From the IMG/VR virus record IMGVR_UViG_3300044658_000017, positions 1-64,000 of that record: a stretch of DNA of 64,000 bases; one strand, 5' to 3'. The notes beneath the pieces are model-generated. The model was not told where the DNA came from and did no database searches. It saw only the letters and a program-made list of their open reading frames with translations. The position numbers and the translations under genes were made by a program. The stretch is from a virus (lineage: Duplodnaviria > Caudoviricetes). Shown one piece after another: positions 49,301-59,100 of the stretch; the stretch's first letter is position 1; each line of letters opens with the position of its first letter.

Positions 49301-52300
49301 ATATGATACTTTTCAAAGTGGCCTTGCTGCACAACTGGCATTAACATGGTACAATAATTTTATTGATAGTGATCTTGTACATATGGTTAATGAAGTGTAT
49401 TCTCTTAATACAGACGAGGCACAAAAATTAGTGGATGAATATGATTCATGGATAGGAACCAATGTACCAGTACTTAAGTCTGATATAAAGAATATAGTAG
49501 CTACTATAAGCATGATAACTGGTAAAAAGCCAGAAGTTACTATCATGCCTACTGGTGAACTGAAAACTGAACTAGATGCTTTAAAAGAAGGAGAGAAAAA
49601 AAGATTTAAGTTTAGAAATATTGAGTATCAAATTCAGAAGAATGGTAATCAATTTAAGGCATCTTTCTTTAATAAAGCTCAATCAGTTAATCCTGAGAAT
49701 GTAAGACAATGGTTAGAGAAAATAGGTATCAGGATGAGTGATGCCGGCTTTCAGGAGCTTATGAGCAATGGCTTATATCATAATTTTGAGAAGATTAAAG
49801 GTGATGGCTTATATACAAATCCAAATGGATTGTTCAGAATATTAGCTACTGCACTTAGAACTGGTATAGCAAGTCCTAATAAAGACTTAGTTACTGGTGA
49901 AGGCAATCCTTTATTTCAATCAGTAGTTAAATCTTTAGCTAACCTAGAGTCAAACTTTAATACTTCTGTTAACTCTCCTAATGGTAGAGATAATGGTAAA
50001 TCAATATTTGGTTTTACAGCACCTAAGTTTATTACTGATAGAACAAGAGACTTAAAAACCAAAGATGGTAAAGTTATTCAAGAGCTTAGTACCATTTCCT
50101 TTTCCAAAAAGTCCTTGTGGCTTGATTTGTTAGTAAACTCTGAGAAATTCAGAGATCAGTTTGAAGTTAGTCATATTGGATTAACTGCTCTGAAAGAGAT
50201 GGGTAAGAAGATTTATCGTGATAATGGTATCACTAAGTTGTCAGATGTAGACCATGAACTTACTAAGTTGGTAATGTTTTGGGATACTAAACAAGGAGAA
50301 GTTGTATATAATAATCAACTTAATACTGCTAGTGATACTACTATATCAATGAGGATGGCAACTATGTTTGCTCCTACTATGTCAGATAAATCCAATATGA
50401 TGCTGTTAAAGACAGCAGTGCTTAATTTGGAAGATAAACACTTTGTGCTTGATTCAAATGGTAATCCAACTTTAGGTAAGGAAGGAGTTAAGATATTATA
50501 TGAGCAGGCTGTAAGACCTGAATTAATGAGAATGGTTAAACATGCTCAGTTAGGAGGTAAAACAAATATCAGTGCTTATGATAAGGGAGCTAAGATGTTC
50601 CTTTTAATTCCTGAATTAAACTATGTTAAGTTTAATGAAGATTTACTTTTAATAGATGCTATTGCTAATGGAGTACAGGAATTTAATCTTGAGTATATTG
50701 AAAGTAGACCTGAATTGATGAATCAGATAGCTGATGTATTAAAGTCTACTTTAGATCAATTAGTGAAAGAAAAAATATCTGCATGGGATAAGTATGGTTT
50801 CTTAACTAAAACTCAGAATGGTGACATTACCGGAATAGAGTTTATGGATAAGAAATACTCCGATAAATTTAATGGTACCTCTAAAGAAAAAGTATATAAA
50901 GCAGCTATTGATTTTGAATTAAACTCAATGATAGCTACAGCTAATAGCTTTATGTTATATGCTGGTGACCCTGCTATGTACTATAAATCTAAGGCTAAAG
51001 ATTATATTACTATAGCTAGAGATACCTTTGTTAACGTAGGTAAAAGATTGGCTAATCAAATAGCTCCGGGTACTACTATTGCTAATAGTGAGAATGAAAG
51101 ATATGTACAGTTATTTCTTGAAGATAGAAAAAGTATAGCTGAAGTACCTTTCTTGAAGTTTGCTACTAGAGTAAATGATGGTAAAGAAATCACTGATAAA
51201 GAAATTGAGAAACTCTTAAATGGTACTAAAGAAGAAAAAGAGAAGATTGCAGAGAAATATCCTAAATCTGCTGGTTATTTTAATATAGAAGGCTCTGATG
51301 CTCAAGAATACACTACATGGAAAGAACATCTTTCTTTACTTGAGAAATTAGGTAAAACTTCAGATAGTATATTTGAAGTAACTCCTGATGAAATTCAGGA
51401 AGCAAAAGAGTTATTTTCTTCATGGGAAAATGGTAAGAAAGCACCTTTAACTAAACGTCAGGAAAAGTTAATAGGTAAAGTTCTCCAACCAATGAAGCCG
51501 GTATATACAGGTCAAATATATGACCCTACTCAAGATGCAATGAGAGTAGTGTATATCAAGTCTTCTTCATTTCCCTTAATACCACAACTCACTGCTGGTT
51601 TAGAAATAGACAAACTCCGTAAAAAAATGGAGGATATTGAGGCTAGAGAAAAGAAAACTGTAAGAGCTTCCTATCAAACAGCTAATAAGGTAGGTTCAGT
51701 TAACAATCCGGCAGTACTTTGGAAAGAGGGTAGTATAATGGATGATGAAACATTAAACAATCTTGAAAAGAGTTCTCTTATCTTAGATAGAAAGAACTTT
51801 AGAATACAACAAGATGTACCCTTTAAGTCAGGAAAAAGACTTGAAGATAAAATTACATTAGGTACTCAGTTAATGAAAGTACTTTTTGGTAATGGAGTTA
51901 TTGATGCTGATGACTTTGAGTTGGATGGTAAGAAATATAATGGCAAAGTCCTACATAAATTTTATAATGATGCATTTAATGATCTTATAAGAAATAAAAA
52001 AGCTCAATTATATGATGAATTAGGACTTGATGAAAGTGGACATTCTAAGGATTTAAAACATACATATAATAAGCTACAAAAACTTCTTAAAGATGAAGCT
52101 ATCAACAGAGGATACCCTATTCAGGATATTGAAGGTCTTAATCTTGATGACAATGGTAATTTTATCACTCCTTTGTGGAGTTCTGCTAATAGTAACAGAT
52201 ACGAGGCTATGCTCAATGCTATCGTTTCTAATAGACTAATCAAGATTAAATTCCCCGGTAACTCTTATGTAGTAGGTTCAGAAGAAGGCTTTAGATTTCA

Positions 52301-55300
52301 GGATAATTTAGAAGGGGTAGATCAATCAAAAATTATTTGGACTTCTAAATGGAATGGTAAAGGTCTTCAAGGTTCATTTAAGAAAAATGGTAGTATCGAA
52401 AAAGCTCAGGTACTAGTAGCATCTAAATTCAGAGATAATGATGGTAATCTTATAGACCTCTTTACTAAGAAAGATGGTCAGTACATATATGTAACAAAGA
52501 GTGAAGATGGTAAATGGATGCTTAAGGAAGATATGATTGATAGTAAGCTGCTATCACTTACTTCTTTTCGTATTCCTACATCTGGTCACGTTTCTGCTGC
52601 ACAAGTAGAAATAGTTGGTATTTTACCAGCACAGAGTGCTGACTTAATGATAGTTCCTCGAAACTTCACTAAGCAGATGGGTCTTGACTTTGATATTGAT
52701 AAACAATATACTTATCAGTTATGGCATCATATGACTGAGGATGGCAAGTTTGTTGAGCTTGATGAAAAAATCAAAGAAGATATACTCAATAATGCTAAAG
52801 GTACATTAAAAGATGGTACTAAAGCTGGTAAATTGATGCAGGCTATTTTTGGTGATGAATTACCTTCATTCACTGAGGAAGAAATAAAGAGTGATAGTCA
52901 GCTTCGTGCTCTCAATTCTAAACTTGAAGAGAAGATTTTACAAAATAGAATCATAAAGATTCATAGTGCAGTATTAACCAATCCTGATGATAATATACAA
53001 TCTAAAATCAATGGTATATTATCTACAGATTATGCTGAAGAGCAGGCTGATATGATTGAGCAGTTAAGTAACAAAGCTGAACAATCTAAAGTATTTACAC
53101 CATTGAGTAGTGAATACCAGAAAATGAAAATGGGATTAGGTGCTGCTGGTAAAATTGGTACTGGTGCTTATTCACTTGACGTAACTTTTCACTCATTAGT
53201 ACAGCAAATAGCTGCATTAGGTAAGCCTTTACAACTTACATATCCTGTAGTTGATGAAGAAGGAAATGTAACTATAGAAGAAAAAGAGTTTAGATTTGGT
53301 AATCAGGTAAGTGATGGTAGATTGGGTAACGAAAGAACTATAGATGGAAATAGAACTATTGCTGAAGTACTTGCAGAATTACAAAATATAGCTTTGGATA
53401 ATGAGAAACTTCAAGTAATGGGTAGAGTAGGTCTTAATGATCTTACTATTGATGTATCTAAAGCCTTTGCATTACTTGGTTTTGATAAAGGAGAAGATGA
53501 GGGTAAATCTTCAGTACAATTCTTGTTCTTATCACAACCAATTGTAAAAGAGTTTGTAGAAAGAATGAAAAATGCAAACTCTAACATGGCTGAGTTTAGT
53601 CAGGATAAAGAACAATTAGTAGTAACTCAACTATTAAGAAAATATGTAGGAGATAAAGATAATTGGGACAGACTTAATAATGATTCCGAATATCAAAATC
53701 TTATGAGTAGAAGGATGAGTACTACTGAGATGCTGGCAGCTTTAAAAACTACTTCTCCTGATGGAGCTTTACAAGAGGCTATCTTACATAGATTCCTTGA
53801 AATGAGGGATTATGGTGTAAAGATTAGAAGTATTCAAACTGGTATTAATGCTGATGCTAAAGGATTAGGTAAATCTTTTTACGATGTAATAGCAAGAAGA
53901 GAAGCCTTAAATAAGATTGGTGATAATAATGCCTTTATTAGAGGAGCTAGTAATTTAATTGGAGATTATTCTATTACTCAAGAAACTCCTAGTCATGTAT
54001 ATATAGGAAACTATTGGGTTAAGCCTACAAGTCTTACAGGTAGTTTTAACATTCATGCAGTTTCTACAGCCTATAATATGTGGAGTAATTACTTACCATA
54101 TGATGCTCCTATAATGAATCAAGTATATGACGAAATAATGTCCTCGATTAGTATGGGGGATAATACTAGTTTAATAGATAACAAAGGAATTATTATCAAA
54201 CAGGAAATCTTTAAGGCTTTTAAAAAGTATCTATCGGCTAATACTCAAAATGGTATTATTAACTATACTGATGATATAGTTGAGGAAAGAAAAAGGTTAT
54301 ATATAGATAGTGATACTAACACCTCTTTAGCTAAGTATATTAAAACTCTGAGAGATACTATTGGTAATAAAATCATTGATAACTATATTAAAACTAATAA
54401 GCTAATAAATAGGTTTGAATTTAATATTCAAAAAGATGGTCAACCTTCACTTATAAAGTTCAATAATGCAGTTGGAGAAGAGTTTGATGAACAATATTTA
54501 TACAATTCACTTTCTTATCTGCTTGCAGCAAATAAGAAATTACCCGACTTCAATGGGAAGTCTTATACTACTACCAAATTAGCACAAGATTTAATTGCAT
54601 ATACTTACTTAGGTAATGCCACTCAGGAAGCTATTCAGTTTACAAAGTATATACCTGTAACGTATACTAATATGGTAGGCTATGGAGACTTTATGAGAAA
54701 AGTAGGAATAAGATTAAGCAATGATCTTAGTGTAGTAGGTGCTAAAATGAAAGAGGAAGAATCGAGTATAGATAGTAACTTTACTATACAGTTTATGCAG
54801 CATAATCCTGAAAGAGTTAAAAATAAAATACCTGCTAATCAGGTAGATAAAATGACTCATAGTAGGAATGCAGATTATAAATCAAGTGATCTTAATACTC
54901 TTCAATCATTCTCTTTGGTTCAAGAAGAGGGACAAACACCACCTAAATATATTTCTATCTATAATAGAGGTATGGTTAAAGGAGAAAAGAAGTTCCAGTT
55001 ATATATGAATCAGGGGGATGGTACATTTAAGAGAATACCAGTATTAGGAACTTTTGGTATGGATGAATATGATGCTAGTCAGAGTGTAGGACAATCTTTA
55101 GTAAATGGTAAACCAAAAGCTATAGTAGTACCTAGTAATATAAATAAAACTGCACCAGTACCAACTCATAGTGATACTTTTGGTATTAACACTGGTAATG
55201 CTAAAACGGTACTTGAAAATATATCGAGAGCCGGAATAAGTGGACTCTCTGCTTTAGCCGGTGAACTAGCACCTTATTCAAGTAATATAAGTATTTCTTA

Positions 55301-56105
55301 TGCTGATATAGTAAGTGATGGTAGAGCTTTAGATAACTCTATACAAATAAGAAGTAATCTTGGAGAAAAAGGAGACTATCATGTAGCTATGACCATTCTT
55401 CATGAAGTTATACATGGTCTTACTGTAAAACAAATTAGTCCTTATCTACAAGAAGTAAAAGGTAGTTATCAGGTAGTAGATAAAGCTCCGGCTTATGTAA
55501 GCAAATTAGTTCAATTATATAATGTTGCCAGAGGAGCTATAGGAGATCAGAATATTGAAAGACTAAGAGAAAAAATAGCTCTTCAAACAAAGCTCAATAA
55601 TGAATTACAAGCTGCTGCTACTGATGAAGAAAGATCAGCTATAAGAAGTAGAATATCTGATATAGCCTTAACTCCTGAAGAAAAGAGAGTTCAATATGGA
55701 GCTTATAATATCAAAGAGTTTATGGCTATGGCCATGACTCAGCCGGAGTTTCAAAAAGAAATGGCTAAATATGAATACAAAAATACTGGCCAAAGCCTGC
55801 TGGAAAGATTTAAAGAAGTACTTAATCAAATATTAAAGGCCATAGGGCTTGATTATTCAGAAAAATCTGTAACAGCACAGGCTATAAATAGTATATTTGA
55901 GCTTATTACAGATAAAAATGAAAAATTCTCAACTCCAAATACAGAAAAGTTTAATGCTATAGCTGAAGGTGCTTTTGGAGATTCTGAAGAGGATGAGTTT
56001 AGAAAATGGCTTGAAGTAAACAAGTGGGAGGGAGATACTGAGGAAAGTCTGAGTATTGCTGAATTACCATCGGTTCAAAGTATAAACGAAAATAACTGTT
56101 ATTGA
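43305..56105 (+). CDS. Giant virion-packaged DNA-dependent RNA polymerase (single-chain, crAss-type) with C-terminal zincin protease domain, 4266 aa
   Basis: FRIPTSGHVS...IVPRNFTKQMGLDFDIDK (DFDID at 52686-52700); KRLANQIAPG, GSDAQEY, LKPVYTG-like and KSSSFPL motifs; HEVIH at 55401-55415 with downstream NIKEFMA. Confidence 0.92.
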   Translation: MSKSVRPAGSNGSEKAPLEPSDFLKEYGFTPNPYAGVDAQETLKQTHFNPDQYEYITNPSSLDKGSAESLQAARQPAIDVLKRSIKQFGANVAGAIATGALNTADVKGTFDILTNKETDFNSKIFGVSAQDIMNWSNEVQQKNQIYEKNPGSFSPGKLSWWGKQFASSGTGVGMGLEALGETLAVGAATEGLGAIPELGNAISKFPKLLRTIKAAKTVEEAAEIANVASRLKKTATTYAILNRLNESKSEAQQTFQDAYEELINQKNPDGTNKYTEEQARSAAAAGARRDFLWNMPLMALDILTYRTMVFNPFSGTGTGLIEKGLEHAATKLASKGVVGKAVGWALPHIVGAASEGSEEGLQFIGSEEGKHYARVLAGLDDDSSFFQRLGKDVTSAEFWNNFAGGVIGSPIIGGVMKLFNSAMNGRQQKRLADMHKDFVANVGKMDDHISNLIREYEAQGNVETANVLRRNFGAMKVLSALQLDALKDSDVAFDSYKNFLRQTLDEVNNGKTDSLNDLGFNNVTKEQVDQIKAHFGTYLQDAERMKKIFDQVSNQHEKQFVPEIAMQMFSVETRREKQVELAQDISNLKNSVFGYSSLSDNGKKIHDLEYQMLAHKNELKRLQKIKQEYKNPAEQKNVDAVIAITENKLNNLNEQLKDINKDESYTQEQRDSDASLLATPVKDQKYYQAIRDNVANASQIDIESRNLALWNDQQFKNEQAIHGIINSRNKEQLDQLEQDLTKNGKLTDPIKEAIADRRKKLAAKQAIDNQNAKNDDVANPVANDPTIENKQTTVANPTVTTEVQVQQQAEAQEAESKDNGSVLPQGDIQSAVATAPEMNFKNFDMFSEQMAEIAQIANEQSASTEDDAHAAVLEAVSKTEITNIEDILNEDAGRLDIIYDGNPVLFKAFDVFLNTDNFTLQLIGLKYGKANDIEAVISAIKLGQELNKRGITFTSEGIEVKGGEINTLWDNLVELGFAIKKEKGYVFKRDIIPAAEEYAGPVEVSLAPVELSDNMTGEQKERLKSAVAILLQGFEHPTFEDLVRAAIKQSNIDTADKTFNLLTRGWELNGYSRVDYRQVYTKIFQDPIGTLNSLLGELATVNDPTTEIKSSVITEGTEAAIQDTIAEQTKPNDFDNNGQPIYNYTGVVTNEVEMKFAFLSVPYDLILTTEEDGSVTVKKQTREGQINAGEDVDSLKLLDPNKYQEGTELHVMIPSNFMDIKIGTWNADGTPGPAMSFGQYVAQNNLSPEDQEYKDKIPMIIYDKGKTNERGIAFIHDTQWYNPINFNQSKPGQMEQAIKSVREMRQAILDAKGKPVSITVTGKRETTFDSLKLPQGNQITLKEANPDTTIAVAININQLTKDGKNIVFEGQLNNTKPFSENMAYDVRQTGMKDGKPTYTAFPVSQPPLSDLTKSSILMALKVFVNAKNQNLQAGDKSVFDNVHAQILASSGIDIRSVNGITQYLSQFMHVANLENANSVAEAEAQLKGKGKKEGYKYLTINSSGGIVCGTVGKPMTPKNNGFFINPNPGKDMETSFKLANAFLDNIIKTNFLEGYQQHVHFGSLNRNKPVVQFNMKGEPTTTGSYNDYLMSNLKTNIRSINIGTKENPNYVTSVQPIITYQLTSKIKQDEKISPEKIREEIIEQRREESRTDGQQVSSEEGKGQQEKIAELRKEQEDLIKQAKEELGFDFLNDLSEEDLAPVELTDSQRESIEQSVQSIAGLNPQQQSELIDFMYNQVAAQIDLDNKEGISKEKVYAEVKKNFEAIIKPLRKTYADKVKQIQKLIDADPETPHLQDLKLAIASYNKSIQRINDIQANYKLMEAETELKVSKYTNIQKGKLKENQETDDDSETDEDRPFDEGDGSTERAKEFGTDSLSENPDNKLTYAMRRFLGQIRKVDKDGKPMTGFLKLPTYVGSDTVANTVRDLLADVPSDFSTMMAKLERSVPGYPWLRELIDRLQASTKERQNQFVTVFSNHRLSMKFSMISYDNKNKTWHSKVYDTFQSGLAAQLALTWYNNFIDSDLVHMVNEVYSLNTDEAQKLVDEYDSWIGTNVPVLKSDIKNIVATISMITGKKPEVTIMPTGELKTELDALKEGEKKRFKFRNIEYQIQKNGNQFKASFFNKAQSVNPENVRQWLEKIGIRMSDAGFQELMSNGLYHNFEKIKGDGLYTNPNGLFRILATALRTGIASPNKDLVTGEGNPLFQSVVKSLANLESNFNTSVNSPNGRDNGKSIFGFTAPKFITDRTRDLKTKDGKVIQELSTISFSKKSLWLDLLVNSEKFRDQFEVSHIGLTALKEMGKKIYRDNGITKLSDVDHELTKLVMFWDTKQGEVVYNNQLNTASDTTISMRMATMFAPTMSDKSNMMLLKTAVLNLEDKHFVLDSNGNPTLGKEGVKILYEQAVRPELMRMVKHAQLGGKTNISAYDKGAKMFLLIPELNYVKFNEDLLLIDAIANGVQEFNLEYIESRPELMNQIADVLKSTLDQLVKEKISAWDKYGFLTKTQNGDITGIEFMDKKYSDKFNGTSKEKVYKAAIDFELNSMIATANSFMLYAGDPAMYYKSKAKDYITIARDTFVNVGKRLANQIAPGTTIANSENERYVQLFLEDRKSIAEVPFLKFATRVNDGKEITDKEIEKLLNGTKEEKEKIAEKYPKSAGYFNIEGSDAQEYTTWKEHLSLLEKLGKTSDSIFEVTPDEIQEAKELFSSWENGKKAPLTKRQEKLIGKVLQPMKPVYTGQIYDPTQDAMRVVYIKSSSFPLIPQLTAGLEIDKLRKKMEDIEAREKKTVRASYQTANKVGSVNNPAVLWKEGSIMDDETLNNLEKSSLILDRKNFRIQQDVPFKSGKRLEDKITLGTQLMKVLFGNGVIDADDFELDGKKYNGKVLHKFYNDAFNDLIRNKKAQLYDELGLDESGHSKDLKHTYNKLQKLLKDEAINRGYPIQDIEGLNLDDNGNFITPLWSSANSNRYEAMLNAIVSNRLIKIKFPGNSYVVGSEEGFRFQDNLEGVDQSKIIWTSKWNGKGLQGSFKKNGSIEKAQVLVASKFRDNDGNLIDLFTKKDGQYIYVTKSEDGKWMLKEDMIDSKLLSLTSFRIPTSGHVSAAQVEIVGILPAQSADLMIVPRNFTKQMGLDFDIDKQYTYQLWHHMTEDGKFVELDEKIKEDILNNAKGTLKDGTKAGKLMQAIFGDELPSFTEEEIKSDSQLRALNSKLEEKILQNRIIKIHSAVLTNPDDNIQSKINGILSTDYAEEQADMIEQLSNKAEQSKVFTPLSSEYQKMKMGLGAAGKIGTGAYSLDVTFHSLVQQIAALGKPLQLTYPVVDEEGNVTIEEKEFRFGNQVSDGRLGNERTIDGNRTIAEVLAELQNIALDNEKLQVMGRVGLNDLTIDVSKAFALLGFDKGEDEGKSSVQFLFLSQPIVKEFVERMKNANSNMAEFSQDKEQLVVTQLLRKYVGDKDNWDRLNNDSEYQNLMSRRMSTTEMLAALKTTSPDGALQEAILHRFLEMRDYGVKIRSIQTGINADAKGLGKSFYDVIARREALNKIGDNNAFIRGASNLIGDYSITQETPSHVYIGNYWVKPTSLTGSFNIHAVSTAYNMWSNYLPYDAPIMNQVYDEIMSSISMGDNTSLIDNKGIIIKQEIFKAFKKYLSANTQNGIINYTDDIVEERKRLYIDSDTNTSLAKYIKTLRDTIGNKIIDNYIKTNKLINRFEFNIQKDGQPSLIKFNNAVGEEFDEQYLYNSLSYLLAANKKLPDFNGKSYTTTKLAQDLIAYTYLGNATQEAIQFTKYIPVTYTNMVGYGDFMRKVGIRLSNDLSVVGAKMKEEESSIDSNFTIQFMQHNPERVKNKIPANQVDKMTHSRNADYKSSDLNTLQSFSLVQEEGQTPPKYISIYNRGMVKGEKKFQLYMNQGDGTFKRIPVLGTFGMDEYDASQSVGQSLVNGKPKAIVVPSNINKTAPVPTHSDTFGINTGNAKTVLENISRAGISGLSALAGELAPYSSNISISYADIVSDGRALDNSIQIRSNLGEKGDYHVAMTILHEVIHGLTVKQISPYLQEVKGSYQVVDKAPAYVSKLVQLYNVARGAIGDQNIERLREKIALQTKLNNELQAAATDEERSAIRSRISDIALTPEEKRVQYGAYNIKEFMAMAMTQPEFQKEMAKYEYKNTGQSLLERFKEVLNQILKAIGLDYSEKSVTAQAINSIFELITDKNEKFSTPNTEKFNAIAEGAFGDSEEDEFRKWLEVNKWEGDTEESLSIAELPSVQSINENNCY

Positions 56106-56106
56106 T

Positions 56107-59100
56107 ATGAAGTGCATTCAAGATGTTAAGTTTGACATTATAGATAAGATAAGAGAAGACCTCATTAAAGGAGGTCTTTTCTCTACCGGCCCTACTATTG
56201 ATAATGTAATAGCTAAGGTAAGTAAGGAGGAAGTTGAACCAGTAGTGAAGGAGTTAAATCATATGTATAAGGAGAGCTTGGTAACTCTTCAAGTTTCAAA
56301 TGACCAGATAAGTCTGGCTATAAATCCCTCAGATGAACTTGCTCAAAAGTATCTGAATCAGTATAAGCAAATAAAGATTGACCCTGAAAATGTTCCATTT
56401 AGTGAAGAACAAACTGAAAGAGGTTATATACTCGATAATACTGGCCCTAATACTGCTCAAAACTTATCTCCTCTTGAGGAAGAAGAAACAGTAGGAGTAT
56501 TTGAACAGTTTATAAGACATAAGCAGAGACTACAGACTTTTCTTGAGCAAAGATTAGCTGATATACAAAAGGAGTTAAAAAATCCCAAGACAACTCAGGC
56601 TCGAAGAGTGGAACTAAACAATCTTCGATTAAGTATTAAGCATAAATTAGAAGGTGACTCGGCTAAAGGTATAACCGGCTTAATAGGGGAAATTTCAGAC
56701 TTGAAGAAGAATGCAAACATTGATGCAGTAGGTTATTATGTAGAGAAAGACTTAGCAAGGTTAAAGGAACTTACTAAATCAAATAATCCTTTAGATATTA
56801 AAGAAGCTAGAACTATTATAGACTTCTATGATGCTGCCGGTACTTTTCAAAGTGATAGGGAAAATCCCTTCTTTCCACAGAATCAAATGTTCTTCTTTGA
56901 TGAGAACGATAAGCAAACTCCTGATTACAAATTAGGAGAGGAAACTATGAATCAATTTAAGCAATGGAGGGATATTGCAATGGGTTTTGCTCCTGCTATT
57001 GATTTAAAGGCTAAAGAAGTTACAGTAAGTAATTTTAATTCCAATAAAGGAGTACAATCTGTATATGAAGGAAAGGAATTTAATTTTGATGAAATAGTTC
57101 ATACCAAAGAGGGATTAAAAGATGTGGATTGGGTATCAGCTTGGGCAATGGATGTAACACAATCTATTTTTTCTAAGTCGGCACAGTTGGCACAAGTAAT
57201 GCATAGCATCCTCGTTGATGCTATTGAGAAGCATGAAAACTTTTCCCGTGACTATGCTAAAAGAATAGAAGAAATTACTCCTAAAGTAAATAAAGTATTA
57301 GCAGAAATTAGCAATGGTAAGTATAAACTTAAGGCTTTTGGTATACTTGGTATTAACGGAGTTACTTATGATCTATTCTTAGATACTACTAAAAATGGAA
57401 TGCAGACTGGTACTTTGGTTCAAAGATTTACTAAGGAATTTGTAGATAGTCAGGTAGATCAAAGTAATCAGATGAAGCAGGATTTTGAACATGCAAGAAC
57501 TTCTGATGATACTGTAAAGGCTAATTTATATAATACTGCTTTTGAAAAGAATAAACAGTGGAAAAGAGCCAATACCATAATGATGAACCCTGCCCTTATT
57601 GATGAAATTATAAGTGACCCCGAATATGCAGAGTTCAAAAAAGATGGAGTTACTGAAGACCAGAAGAAAGAACATAAAGAACAACTTGTTAAGTTACTTG
57701 GAGAGAGAGGCTACAAAGAAGAAATACAGAGACAGAAGGAACTGCTTACAAGATTTTTGGCTGATAGAGCTTCTTATACTAATGCACAAATGGTAGCCGA
57801 AGGTGTAAATAGTGAAGATAAACTATCTGCACATAGTAAGTTTATTATTAAACAATGGAATTTACAGCATAATCCTACTTATGGTGTTCAGGATTATTTT
57901 GCTGCTGGTGGTTTATTTGTAGATAATAGGAAGGTTAATACCTATATGGATTATAACAACACTATCCCTAGAGCAAATAAAACCAAAATAACTGCTGTAA
58001 ATGGTCAACTTCAATTTGAAGATACAAATCAATCTACAGGGTATTACAATGATAAGTTTAAAACTATTGATTCCGATGAAACTCTCAGAGAGTTTTATGA
58101 TCTTGTAAAAGAAGGTATAGAAAAGATAATAGAATCTGCTCCCTATGAATTACAAAAGTCATTACCTGCAATGACACTTCCAACCCTTATGAAATCCACT
58201 ACTGAGTTCTTGATGGACAACCATAATGGAACTCTAAAGATGTTATCATCTGCTTGGAGAAGATTATGGGATAGAATCAGACTCAGCTTTGGTTTAATAC
58301 AACAAAGTGAAGTCTCTTATGCAGTTAAAGACCCGATTACTGGAAAATACAATTACAAGGTTAATGACAGTTTCTTACAAGGTAACCAAAGGGCTGTCAA
58401 GGAGAGATCAATTATTGAAAAAAGTAAGTTTATTCAGGCTTATAATTTGGGTAGAACTAAAGGTAGGCTGGAATCTATTAATAGATTTTCTATCGTACCT
58501 CTGAATGAAATGAATCCTTCTGCACTAGCACATCTTGCACAACTACTTCATGTAGATATAAGTATGAGTGAAATACAAGCTGGTAAGATTGACAAGATAA
58601 GAAATATAATTGGTGAGAGTGTTTCAATAGGTAAAATTATCAGAGATTATTCTGTACACTCCGTAGTGCAATCTCAGAGTTTTGACTTACCTAAACTAAT
58701 GAAACACTTCACTAATCTTGCAGCAGCTTATGCAGCTAGAACTGAGACTCTACCTATGATGGAGATAATGAAGGCACATTATGAAGGAATTAAAAACCCA
58801 AAGACTACTAATATAGGAAAGCCTATATTAAATATGGTTGAAAATGCAATAGCTTCTGAAGGTGATAGAAAGAGGGCCATACAACAAATGGAAGACTGGT
58901 TCCAAAGAGTAATGCTTAATAACTATGGTCTTAAGCATGCAGGAGTATTTGGTTTTAAAACTAAAACAGAGAAGGATGATAATACCGGCAAAGTAAGTAC
59001 TAAAATACCTCTTATTGGTGAACATATTTATAGTAATGAAGAGAAACAAAAGATTAAAGAGATAGATGAATTATTAAGTAAGGGAGGTTTAAGTGATGCA

